Below the pieces are notes generated by a model that had not been told where the DNA came from, made no database searches, and saw nothing but the letters and a program-made list of their open reading frames with translations. A DNA stretch of 64,000 nucleotides, taken from NCBI GenBank assembly GCA_018378775.1, contig JAGZWV010000003.1, forward strand, positions 26,898 through 90,897, written 5' to 3'. Both the position numbers and the translations under genes were made by a program. Positions 29,776 to 38,222 of the stretch are shown here, one piece after another (positions within the stretch are counted from its first letter, which is position 1; every line of letters begins with the position of its first letter). The DNA comes from Collinsella sp. (GTDB taxonomy: Bacteria; Actinomycetota; Coriobacteriia; Coriobacteriales; Coriobacteriaceae).

Positions 29776-30894
29776 ATGAATCCAAATCCCTTTAAGCCCA
29801 CGGCTGGCAAGCGGCCTCCGATACTCATCGGCCGCGAGTCGGTCATCGAAGATTTCGAGGAAGGACTCGATAACGGCGCCGGAGCGCCGGGTAGGCTCAT
29901 GCTCATTACGGGAAACCGCGGCTGTGGCAAGACGGTTCTCCTGCGGGAACTGCAACGTCTCGCCAACGAGCGCGGATGGGCGGTTGTCTCCGATTCCGCC
30001 TCGCTTGGCTTATGCGACCGCTTGGCCGACGCGCTTCGCTCGAATAAACCCGTTGTGACGTCAATGGAGTTTGGGCCGTCGTTTGGCCGGATGTCGGTCG
30101 AGGCGGCGCGAGCAAAGGGCGAAACGTTGCGAGGGCTGGTCAACGAGCGCCTCAAGAAACTCGGGCCGGGAAAGGGCTTACTGTTTGCGATTGACGAGGC
30201 CCAATCTGCGTCTATCGAGGAACTGGCGGCTCTTGCCGTTCTCTATCAGCAAGTGCTCGGAGATCAAGATGCCACGGGCTTGTCCGATAGCGACCAGCGC
30301 GGTCTTGCGCTGGTGTTCGCCGGCTTACCCAGTATGGTTGATGACTTGCTCGAAGAGCCGAGCGTGACGTTTTTGCGGCGTGCTCAGCAGCGTACGCTGG
30401 GGGCGATTTCTTTGCCCAAAGTGCGCGATTCGTATATCCAGACGGTCAAAGACGCTGGCCTTTACGTTGATGCGGAGATGGCAGACCTCGCGGCGCGCAA
30501 GAGCATGGGGCATCCCTATATGGTTCAGCTGGTGGGATATTACATGTGGCGCTCTGCTGTCCGGCGTGACTCGCGGGTCATTGAAGAGCGCGATGTTGAG
30601 GCTGGGCACGCGGATGCCGTCTCCGAGTTCTACGAAGCGGTTGACGCGCCTCTGTATTACGGGCTGCACAGTCCGCAGCGCCTCTTTATCGAGGCCATGG
30701 CGGCTGACGGGGGCAAACCGACTCGCATGGCGGATATCATTGAGCGTTGCGATCGCACCCAAAGCTGGGCGAGCAAATATCGCGCAAGCCTGATTCGCGA
30801 GCGCGTCATCGAGGCTGCCGGATACGGCCTCGTCCGGTTTACCGTGCCCATGCTGGGCGCGTACATTCGCGATCGAGTTATATGGCATGAGTAG
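29776..30894 (+). CDS. AAA+/STAND-like P-loop ATPase with C-terminal wHTH-like region (Arch_ATPase/AAA_16-like)
   Basis: SD gaggagg before ATG; KRPPILIGRESVIEDFEEGLDNGAGAPGRLMLITGNRGCGKTVLLREL Walker A; Walker B LLFAIDEAQ; 372 aa. Confidence 0.6.
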   Translation: MNPNPFKPTAGKRPPILIGRESVIEDFEEGLDNGAGAPGRLMLITGNRGCGKTVLLRELQRLANERGWAVVSDSASLGLCDRLADALRSNKPVVTSMEFGPSFGRMSVEAARAKGETLRGLVNERLKKLGPGKGLLFAIDEAQSASIEELAALAVLYQQVLGDQDATGLSDSDQRGLALVFAGLPSMVDDLLEEPSVTFLRRAQQRTLGAISLPKVRDSYIQTVKDAGLYVDAEMADLAARKSMGHPYMVQLVGYYMWRSAVRRDSRVIEERDVEAGHADAVSEFYEAVDAPLYYGLHSPQRLFIEAMAADGGKPTRMADIIERCDRTQSWASKYRASLIRERVIEAAGYGLVRFTVPMLGAYIRDRVIWHE

Positions 30895-30919
30895 GGTGAT
30901 AAAGGTGACGGAACAGAAG

Positions 30920-33400
30920 ATGAACCCGCAGGCTATCGAGGTGCGTGGCGCGCGCGTCCATAACCTCAAAGACATCGATATCGATATTCCGCTGGGAAAG
31001 CTCGTGGGCATTGCCGGCGTGTCGGGTTCGGGCAAGAGTTCGCTGGCGCTCGGGGTTCTTTATGCCGAGGGCTCGTGCCGCTATCTGGAGGCGCTCAGCA
31101 CCTATACCCGCCGTCGTCTGACGCAGGCCGAGCACGCCCAGGTGGACGAGGTGCTGCACGTGCCAGCGGCGCTCGCATTACATCAGCGCCCCAGCGTACC
31201 GGGCGTGCGCTCGACCTTTGGTACCATGACCGAGCTCAACAATAGCCTGCGTCTACTCTTTAGCCGTTGCGCCCATCACGTGTGCCCGCATTGCGGGGCG
31301 CGTGTGGAGCCGAGCCTTAACGTGGCTGCGGGCCTGTCGCTCACGTGTCCGACATGCGGCCGCGAGTTCTACGCGCCGAGTGCCGAGGATTTGGCTTTCA
31401 ATAGCGGCGGTGCGTGCCCTACCTGCGGCGGCACCGGTGTCATGCGCGAGGTAGACGAGGCGAGCCTGGTGCCCGACGAGTCAAAGACCATCAACGAGGG
31501 TGCGGTGCTTCCCTGGGGCACGCTCATGTGGGACCTGATGAAGCAGGTGGCCGGCGAGATGGGCGTGCGCACCGACGTGCCGTTTAACCAGCTCACGCCT
31601 CAAGAGCGCGACATCGTGTTTCACGGCCCGGCGGTTAAGAAGCACATTCTCTACGTTCCCAAAAACGGCGAGGGCGCCACGCCGCTCGACTTTACCTATT
31701 ACAACGCCGTCTATACCGTTGAGAATGCGCTCGCCAAGGTTAAGGACGATAAGGGGCTTAAGCGTGTGGCTCGCTTTTTGCGCGAGGGACCATGCCGTGA
31801 CTGCGCCGGCACGCGTCTCTCCGAGGCTGCGCGCCAGCCCCAGGTGCGCGGTATCAATCTGGCTCAGGCCGCGGCCATGACGCTTGGTGATGCGATCGAG
31901 TGGGTGCGCGGGGTGCCCGCATCCTTGCCGGCCGAGATGCGGCCCATGGCGACGGATATCTGCGATTCGTTTTTGAGCACGGCTCGTCGTCTGGTCGACC
32001 TGGGTCTCGATTACCTTTCGCTCGATCGCGCCGGTGCCACGCTCTCCACGGGTGAGCGCCAGCGCGTGCAACTCGCCCGCGTGGTGCGCAACCGATCGAC
32101 AGGCGTGCTCTATGTGCTGGACGAGCCCTCAATTGGCTTGCATCCTGCCAATGTCGACGGCTTGGTGGGCGTAATGCGCGACCTGGTGGATGACGGCAAT
32201 ACCGTGGTTGTTGTCGACCACGATACACGTGTGCTGGCGGAGGCTGATTATCTGGTCGAGATGGGCCCCGTTGCCGGAGCAGGCGGCGGCAACGTAATCG
32301 CCGCTGGTACGGTAGAGGAGGTCGAGCAATCGCAGGACAGCCGTATCGCGCCGTTTTTGCGCGCCGAGCCCAAGCGCTTGCGTCCGCAGGTGACTGACGA
32401 CGAAATGTTCGACCAGGGCCATATCCGCATGGCGACCGATACCATCCATACCGTCAAGCCGCTCGAAGTCGATATTCCGCGCGGTCGCTTGGTCGCGGTT
32501 ACGGGTGTTTCGGGTTCGGGCAAGACGACGTTGGTGCTCGAGACGCTCATCCCGGCGCTTAAGGCGCAGGCAGCTGGCGAGCGCTTGCCACGCCACGTGC
32601 GCTGGATCGATGCCGAGGGCATTGCGCGTGCCAACCTGATTGACGCCACGCCCATCGGTGCCAACGTGCGCTCGACGGTGGCAACCTATGCCGACATCCA
32701 TGATGAGCTGCGCCGCGCCTTCGCCCGTACGCCCGAGGCCAAGGCAGCCGGCTGCAAGGCGGGCGCATTTAGCTACAACACTGGCGCCTTGCGCTGCCCT
32801 ACGTGTGATGGCACGGGCTCGATATCGCTCGACGTGCAGTTTTTGCCCGATGTCGAAATCGTCTGCCCGGCATGTCACGGCTCACGTTATGCAGACGCGG
32901 CTTCGCATATCCATCGCGAGGGCAAGGACGGGAGTCTGCTTACGTTGCCGCAGCTCATGGACATGAGTGTGGACGAGGCCATCGACGCCACGGTGGGGCT
33001 CAAGAAAGTTCAGACGCGCTTGCAGACCTTGCACGACCTTGGCTTGGGCTATCTCACGCTCGGTGAGCCCACGCCGGCGCTTTCGGGCGGCGAGGCTCAG
33101 CGTCTTAAGCTTGCGAGCGAGATGGGTCGCGTGCAGGATGATGCCGTGTTTGTGTTTGACGAGCCCACGATCGGACTACATCCGCTCGATGTTCAGGTGT
33201 TGCTGAGTGTGTTCGACGGCCTTGTTGCCAAAGGCGCCACGGTTATCGTGATCGAACACGATCTCGACCTTATCCGTAACGCCGATTACGTGATCGACAT
33301 GGGCCCGGGCGGTGGCGACGCCGGCGGGCAAATCGTCTGCGCCGGCACGCCAGACGACATCGCAGCCTGCTCCGCAAGCATCACCGGCCGCTACCTATAA
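30920..33400 (+). CDS. class-II UvrA paralog (UvrA2/DrrC-like ABC ATPase, lacks UvrB-binding domain)
   Basis: AIEVRGARVHNLKDIDIDIPLGKLVGIAGVSGSGKSSL aligns with UvrA N-terminus; zinc modules CPHCG...CPTCG, CPTCDGTG...CPACHG; second ABC VTGVSGSGKTTL, LSGGEAQRL. ~826 aa versus ~940 for canonical UvrA. An in-frame ATG at 30887 overlaps the upstream stop by 8 nt. Confidence 0.8.
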   Translation: MNPQAIEVRGARVHNLKDIDIDIPLGKLVGIAGVSGSGKSSLALGVLYAEGSCRYLEALSTYTRRRLTQAEHAQVDEVLHVPAALALHQRPSVPGVRSTFGTMTELNNSLRLLFSRCAHHVCPHCGARVEPSLNVAAGLSLTCPTCGREFYAPSAEDLAFNSGGACPTCGGTGVMREVDEASLVPDESKTINEGAVLPWGTLMWDLMKQVAGEMGVRTDVPFNQLTPQERDIVFHGPAVKKHILYVPKNGEGATPLDFTYYNAVYTVENALAKVKDDKGLKRVARFLREGPCRDCAGTRLSEAARQPQVRGINLAQAAAMTLGDAIEWVRGVPASLPAEMRPMATDICDSFLSTARRLVDLGLDYLSLDRAGATLSTGERQRVQLARVVRNRSTGVLYVLDEPSIGLHPANVDGLVGVMRDLVDDGNTVVVVDHDTRVLAEADYLVEMGPVAGAGGGNVIAAGTVEEVEQSQDSRIAPFLRAEPKRLRPQVTDDEMFDQGHIRMATDTIHTVKPLEVDIPRGRLVAVTGVSGSGKTTLVLETLIPALKAQAAGERLPRHVRWIDAEGIARANLIDATPIGANVRSTVATYADIHDELRRAFARTPEAKAAGCKAGAFSYNTGALRCPTCDGTGSISLDVQFLPDVEIVCPACHGSRYADAASHIHREGKDGSLLTLPQLMDMSVDEAIDATVGLKKVQTRLQTLHDLGLGYLTLGEPTPALSGGEAQRLKLASEMGRVQDDAVFVFDEPTIGLHPLDVQVLLSVFDGLVAKGATVIVIEHDLDLIRNADYVIDMGPGGGDAGGQIVCAGTPDDIAACSASITGRYL

Positions 33401-33403
33401 CCG

Positions 33404-33438
33404 AATGTGACAAAGGGACAGTTCCTTTGTCACATTCC
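33404..33438. terminator. AAAGGGACAG-core palindromic hairpin between convergent genes
   Basis: GAATGTGACAAAGGGACAGTTCCTTTGTCACATTC after uvrA2 stop. Confidence 0.6.
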
Positions 33439-34029
33439 CGGAAAGCCTGTTTGGCGCAGGGCTTCGTAGAGGACGATGGCGGCGCTGTTGGAGAGGTTGA
33501 GTGCGCTGATGCGGTAGTCGTCCGGGTTGACGAAGTTGCCGCAGATGTCTTGTTGAAGGATGGCCTCGTGGCCGTCCTCGGTATGCCCCAGCGATTCCTC
33601 GTGAGCTTCCCAAGCCTCGGCGTTATCGAGCGAGTCGCAATCGCGCAGCATGGGGATGCGCTCGCAGCGCTCGGGCGCCGCGGCAAGCAGAGGCTCGGGA
33701 ATGCCCGAGCTCTCGCTGCCAAAGACCAAGTAGTCGCCGTCGTGGTAGGTACTCTGCGCATAGGTGCGGCGTGCCTTTTTGGTCAGCAGATGTAGGCGCT
33801 CGTCGGCAGGGGAGAGACCGTTGCGTGCAAGGAAATCCTCCCAGCCGGCATAGGTCGTCACGTCCAAGTTTTGCCAGTAGCCCAGGCCGGCGCGGCGTAC
33901 CGTCTTGTCGTCGAGCGAAAAGCCCAGAGGCTCCACCAGATGCAGGCGGGCGCCGGTGACCACGCAGGTACGGCCGATATTGCCCGTATTGGCCGGAATC
34001 TCGGGCGCATACAGCACGATATTGAACAT
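33430..34029 (-). CDS. trmL: tRNA (cytidine/uridine34-2'-O)-methyltransferase TrmL (SpoU/TrmH family)
   Basis: MFNIVLYAPEIPANTGNIGRTCVVTGARLHLVEPLGFSLDDKTVRRAGLGYWQ aligns with E. coli TrmL N-terminus; C-terminal SPOUT knot motif NLSNSAAIVLYEALRQ. Confidence 0.75.
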   Translation of the reverse strand: MFNIVLYAPEIPANTGNIGRTCVVTGARLHLVEPLGFSLDDKTVRRAGLGYWQNLDVTTYAGWEDFLARNGLSPADERLHLLTKKARRTYAQSTYHDGDYLVFGSESSGIPEPLLAAAPERCERIPMLRDCDSLDNAEAWEAHEESLGHTEDGHEAILQQDICGNFVNPDDYRISALNLSNSAAIVLYEALRQTGFPGM

Positions 34030-34124
34030 GAATCTCCTTGGCTCAGAACGAAAAACCACCACGAAGAGCACCTTCGTGGTGGTTTAGCGGTTACATAGGC
34101 GGAAAAATGCCCGCTTGGATAAAC

Positions 34125-35276
34125 CTAGGCGCGGTGCCAGTCGGTCAGGCAGGCATCGAGGGAGGCGATGAGCGCATCCTTGTCCATGTGACGGCCGATG
34201 ATGCACAGGCTCGTCATGCGGTCGCCTGTCTCGTCGTCCCAAATCTGCATGATCTCGGGGTTCTCGTCGATGATCTTCTGCTTCTCGCCCTCGGGCGCCG
34301 AATCGACAAACAGGCCGTTCTCCATCAGGCGCATCTGGTGGCCGGCCTGCTCAAACATGTAGCACATGTCCGGATCGCCGGTCTGCCACAGCGGACCCTT
34401 GACGCGGATGACCTCGTCGGGCCACTCCTGCTCAACAAAATTGGTGAACTTCTGCAGGTCAAACGGCTTGCGGCGCGAGTACACAAAGGTCTCGATGTCG
34501 TACTCGAGCACCTCGGGGTCGTCGTGCTCCTCGGGATGCTCCATGGCCTCGATCCAGGCGGCGGAGTTGTAGGCGCGCATAAAGTCGAAGCGGTCGGTGT
34601 CGAGCAGCTCCTCCATGGGGACCTCGCCGTTTTGGGCCTCGACAATCACGGCGTCCTTCTGCAGGCTGCGCACGATGGCCTTGAGCTCGGCGATCTGCTC
34701 GGGCGTCACGGTATCGGTCTTGTTGAGGATCAGCGTGGAGCAGAATTCGATCTGCTGGATGAGTAGGCTTTCGATGTCGTCCTCGTCGATATCCTCGGCC
34801 AGCAGGTCGCGACCGCCGTTGAACTCGTCGTACATGCGGGCGCAGTCGACCACGGCCACGATGTTGTCGAGCGCGAGCTTGGGCTCGCCGCCCACCTTGG
34901 CCTCGTCGCAGAAGCTCGAGATGGTGTAGGCGATGGGGATAGGCTCGCAAATACCCGATGCCTCGATGATGATGTAGTCGAAGTTGCCCGAATCGGCGAT
35001 GCCCTGCAGCTGGTTGGCCAGGTCGTCCGAAAGCGTGCAGCAGATGCAGCCGTTGGTGAGCGGGATGAGGTCGTCGGTCTCGGAAAGGCCGCCGTCGGCG
35101 ATGAGGCTGGCGTCGACATTGATCTCGCCGATATCGTTGACGATCACGGCGGCGCGTATACCGCCATCGTTAGCGAGGATGTGGTTGAGCAGCGTGGTCT
35201 TGCCGGCACCGAGGTATCCGGTAAGCATGATGATCTTCACGGGTTTGTTGGGCATGTGCCCTCCTTTGTTAGACAT
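34125..35276 (-). CDS. COG0523/CobW-family GTPase (putative zinc metallochaperone)
   Basis: GYLGAGKTTLLNHIL P-loop; GCICC metal-binding motif (LTNGCICCTL); Asp/Glu/His-rich linker; CobW_C-like tail. Confidence 0.85.
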   Translation of the reverse strand: MSNKGGHMPNKPVKIIMLTGYLGAGKTTLLNHILANDGGIRAAVIVNDIGEINVDASLIADGGLSETDDLIPLTNGCICCTLSDDLANQLQGIADSGNFDYIIIEASGICEPIPIAYTISSFCDEAKVGGEPKLALDNIVAVVDCARMYDEFNGGRDLLAEDIDEDDIESLLIQQIEFCSTLILNKTDTVTPEQIAELKAIVRSLQKDAVIVEAQNGEVPMEELLDTDRFDFMRAYNSAAWIEAMEHPEEHDDPEVLEYDIETFVYSRRKPFDLQKFTNFVEQEWPDEVIRVKGPLWQTGDPDMCYMFEQAGHQMRLMENGLFVDSAPEGEKQKIIDENPEIMQIWDDETGDRMTSLCIIGRHMDKDALIASLDACLTDWHRA

Positions 35277-35341
35277 GGCTTACAGTTGAATCTTATGCCA
35301 AACGCCTGCTCTTATACCCACGCGCCGGCAAATAACACAAG

Positions 35342-35683
35342 CTACTCCCAGGCTCCCCATACATCGGGGCAATAACCGACGGTGGCCTTTTTGCCGTTGC
35401 GCACGATGGGCTCAGCTAGAACCTGCTGGTTCTCGAGCAGCTTGTCGAAGCGCTGACTAGGGGTGAGGTGCTGGATGAGCGCGAGCGTCTCCTCGTCCCT
35501 GGCCTTGGGGTTGAGCAGCTTGTCGATGCCGCCGACCGCCTGCATCACGCTCGTGAGCTCGCCCTTGCTCATCTCCTTTTCCTTAAGGTCAATAAACTGC
35601 ACCTTAATGCGGCGCTCCTTAAAATAGCGCTGGGCCTTTTTGGTGTCGAACGACTTCTTAGTCCCGAAGATTTGAATATTCAT
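35342..35683 (-). CDS. ArsC/Spx-family protein (arsenate reductase-like thioredoxin fold)
   Basis: MNIQIFGTKKSFDTKKAQRYFKERRIKVQFIDLKEK typical of ArsC/Spx/YffB family N-terminus. Confidence 0.7.
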   Translation of the reverse strand: MNIQIFGTKKSFDTKKAQRYFKERRIKVQFIDLKEKEMSKGELTSVMQAVGGIDKLLNPKARDEETLALIQHLTPSQRFDKLLENQQVLAEPIVRNGKKATVGYCPDVWGAWE

Positions 35684-35867
35684 TTATTGTTCCGCCGTTC
35701 TAACGAACGGCGGTCACCTCGACGCTGCAAAGCCATCTGATGGGCAATCTGCCTTTCAATCGTCGGGCGCGGGCAAAAGCCCAGCGCCCTCCTCTTTCAA
35801 GGCACCTTGCCTCATCAGCTGGCTTTTCGCTGACATTGATAGGACATCGAGGTTACCGCCGCTGGAC

Positions 35868-36491
35868 TTATCGAATGAAGTTGGTCGTTGCGTGATCTGC
35901 CTCGGGTGCGTTGATACCGGCGGCCTGTCCTGCCTCGATGCAGCGCAGGAGCCACGCCATGTTTTTGCCGATATTTCGCATGGTGGCAAGGCCCTCGGCA
36001 TCCCCATCGGCGTCGCCGGGCACGCGGCCAAACACGTTGTTCCAGTAGGTGGAGGCAACTACGGGCATTTGCTTAATGGTGAAGTACTTGTTGAGCACAT
36101 CGAAGGTGGTCGAGGTGCCGCCGCGACGGGCGACGGCGACCGCGGCGCCGGGTTTGTGCTCAAAGGCATGCCCGCCTGCATAGAAGGCGCGATCGAGGGC
36201 CGAAAGGATGCGTCCGCTGGGGTGCGCATAGTAGACGGGTGAGCCAAAGACAAAACCATCTGCCTGCTCGGCGGCAGCGATGAGCTCGTTCACCACGTCG
36301 TCGTCAAAGGTGCAGCGACCGCCAAGCTTGCCGCACAGGCCACAACCGATGCAATCGCGAATGGGCTTGGCGCCCAGCTGAAACACCTCGGTATCAATGC
36401 CTTCTGCATTAAGTTGCTCGGCGACCTCGGCGAGTGCGCGGGCGGTGTTGCCGTTTGCCTTGGGACTGCCATTGACCAAAAGAACCTTCAT
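35868..36491 (-). CDS. flavodoxin-like iron-sulfur flavoprotein (NADPH-dependent FMN reductase family)
   Basis: MKVLLVNGSPKANGNTARAL flavodoxin_2 start; CIGCGLC Cys cluster typical of Isf-type proteins. Confidence 0.7.
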   Translation of the reverse strand: MKVLLVNGSPKANGNTARALAEVAEQLNAEGIDTEVFQLGAKPIRDCIGCGLCGKLGGRCTFDDDVVNELIAAAEQADGFVFGSPVYYAHPSGRILSALDRAFYAGGHAFEHKPGAAVAVARRGGTSTTFDVLNKYFTIKQMPVVASTYWNNVFGRVPGDADGDAEGLATMRNIGKNMAWLLRCIEAGQAAGINAPEADHATTNFIR

Positions 36492-36565
36492 CACAAACTC
36501 CCTCTGCTTTTGGTGACTTCTGCAGAGGATTATCGCACGATGGGGGAGGCGGTGCGGGCGCGGTG

Positions 36566-38122
36566 CTAATCCAGTTTGGTACCTGGCACCTGCACGGCTT
36601 TCCCGAGCAACGCTTTAAGCTCGTTCAAAATGGAAACAGGCTGACGGTCGACGCCGTCCAGATGGAGCGTGGCCACGCGAATGGGCGGCTGATATTCAAG
36701 CGAGCCGATGAGCACGGGAGAACCCAGGAACCGTTCGATGTCGCTTGCGATCTCATCGATTGCCTCGGGGCCGAGCTCATCGAAGAGTGCCACGAATGTC
36801 GGCCCCGTCGAGCGGAACAGGCGACCCTTGCCGCGCGAGCATTCCATGAGGCAGGCGGCGCTTTCTGCCAAAACGCGGTCGCCCGCATCAAAGCCAAAGC
36901 GGGCATTGACCTGAGCGATATCGTCGATTTTGATGGCGATCAAACCAGCCTTGCGCGCCACGCGACGCATTTCGCCAATGGCGTTGACCAGGGCGTGAAT
37001 ATCGCCCAAGCCGGTCACGGAATCGGTTGTATCTGCCAAGCTTCGGTTGATGATAATGCCCACATACATGCCGGGCTCGGTATCGGTGCCGTCCAAGCGG
37101 TAGCCCGTGCAGTCGCAAAGCACGTATTTTCCGGTGGCATCCATTACGCGATACTGCATGTAGTGGAAGTGCCACGTGCCGTTTATCACCATGTCGAGCT
37201 CGGCGCGTACGTTGTCGCGGTCCTCGGGATGAACGCGGGCGAGCCACATGTCGAGTGAGTTAAAAGGGTGCTGGGAAGGCAGGTCAAAATCGCGCACGGC
37301 GTTAACCGACCATTGCGATTCTCCAGTATCGAGGTTAAGGATGAACGGATAGCGCGTCTCGGAGCTCATGGAGATCGCTTGGAACACCCGGTCGTTGCAG
37401 GGAAGCTGATCGACGATTGGGCGTTGCGGCGCGTCATTGTTTTCCGGTTGCTGTACACGATGCATAAGCTTATAGCGATACATCTTGCGATCGGCGTCCA
37501 TCGTCATCTGGCGACGCGTGTCGCCGGCAAGTGGATCGACGCGCGAGCAGCCAAAGCTAAAGCTGGCGATCATGGGCGCCTTGCCATCTGAGCTCGCCTC
37601 GATCAGCCCGGCACGTACCTGCTCCAAGCGCTGCTCGAGTTCAGTCTCGTTTGCGGAGAGCGAGATAAGCACAAACTCGTCTCCACCGATACGGAACAGC
37701 ATCTCATCGTGCTCCATGGTTTCGGAGAGCGTGCGGCAGATGCTCAGAATATAGCGATTGCCTTCGGCGTGGCCAAACCTATCATTGCAATGCTTGAGAT
37801 GGTCGATGTCAATATAGGCGCAGGTGAAGGGGTCGCCTTTGCGCCAGAGCTGCTCGACGTGACGGTCGAGTCCGCTGCGGTTGCCCAAGTTGGTGAGCGG
37901 GTCGATATAGGCGTTGCTCTCAAGCAGCCGGCGCTCTTGTTGCAGGATGGCATGCGTCTTTTGCAGTTGCTCGCCAACGGCGCGTAGTTCAGCAGGCAGC
38001 GCGGCAACATCGAGTTCGGCGGTCGAGATGCCATTCGCAAGTCGCTGAAGATAGGCAATAATCGATTGCTCACCCAGGCGATATGACTCGTTCATGATGG
38101 ATAACCTCCTTGGGCGGAACAA
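36566..38122 (-). CDS. diguanylate cyclase (N-terminal GGDEF, PAS, C-terminal degenerate GGDEF)
   Basis: DPLTNLGNRSGLD...RIGGDEFVLIS (GGDEF, with inhibitory-site-like RxxD context). Central PAS-like region. Second GGDEF-like domain with degenerate motif. Confidence 0.8.
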   Translation of the reverse strand: MFRPRRLSIMNESYRLGEQSIIAYLQRLANGISTAELDVAALPAELRAVGEQLQKTHAILQQERRLLESNAYIDPLTNLGNRSGLDRHVEQLWRKGDPFTCAYIDIDHLKHCNDRFGHAEGNRYILSICRTLSETMEHDEMLFRIGGDEFVLISLSANETELEQRLEQVRAGLIEASSDGKAPMIASFSFGCSRVDPLAGDTRRQMTMDADRKMYRYKLMHRVQQPENNDAPQRPIVDQLPCNDRVFQAISMSSETRYPFILNLDTGESQWSVNAVRDFDLPSQHPFNSLDMWLARVHPEDRDNVRAELDMVINGTWHFHYMQYRVMDATGKYVLCDCTGYRLDGTDTEPGMYVGIIINRSLADTTDSVTGLGDIHALVNAIGEMRRVARKAGLIAIKIDDIAQVNARFGFDAGDRVLAESAACLMECSRGKGRLFRSTGPTFVALFDELGPEAIDEIASDIERFLGSPVLIGSLEYQPPIRVATLHLDGVDRQPVSILNELKALLGKAVQVPGTKLD

Positions 38123-38222
38123 TGGTTTGTATCATATCTCCAATTCGGTTTGAATTGGGGATATAAGTTAGCTAATGGGGACAAACGCGTCCCTCAACGG
38201 CAGCGGCCTGCCTGTGAACGCA

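Noticed and set aside
27466-29955. 829-aa minus-strand ORF
   Set aside because: Antisense to the Tet(M)-like GTPase and the start of the AAA+ ATPase; Arg/Ala/Gly-rich, no domains.
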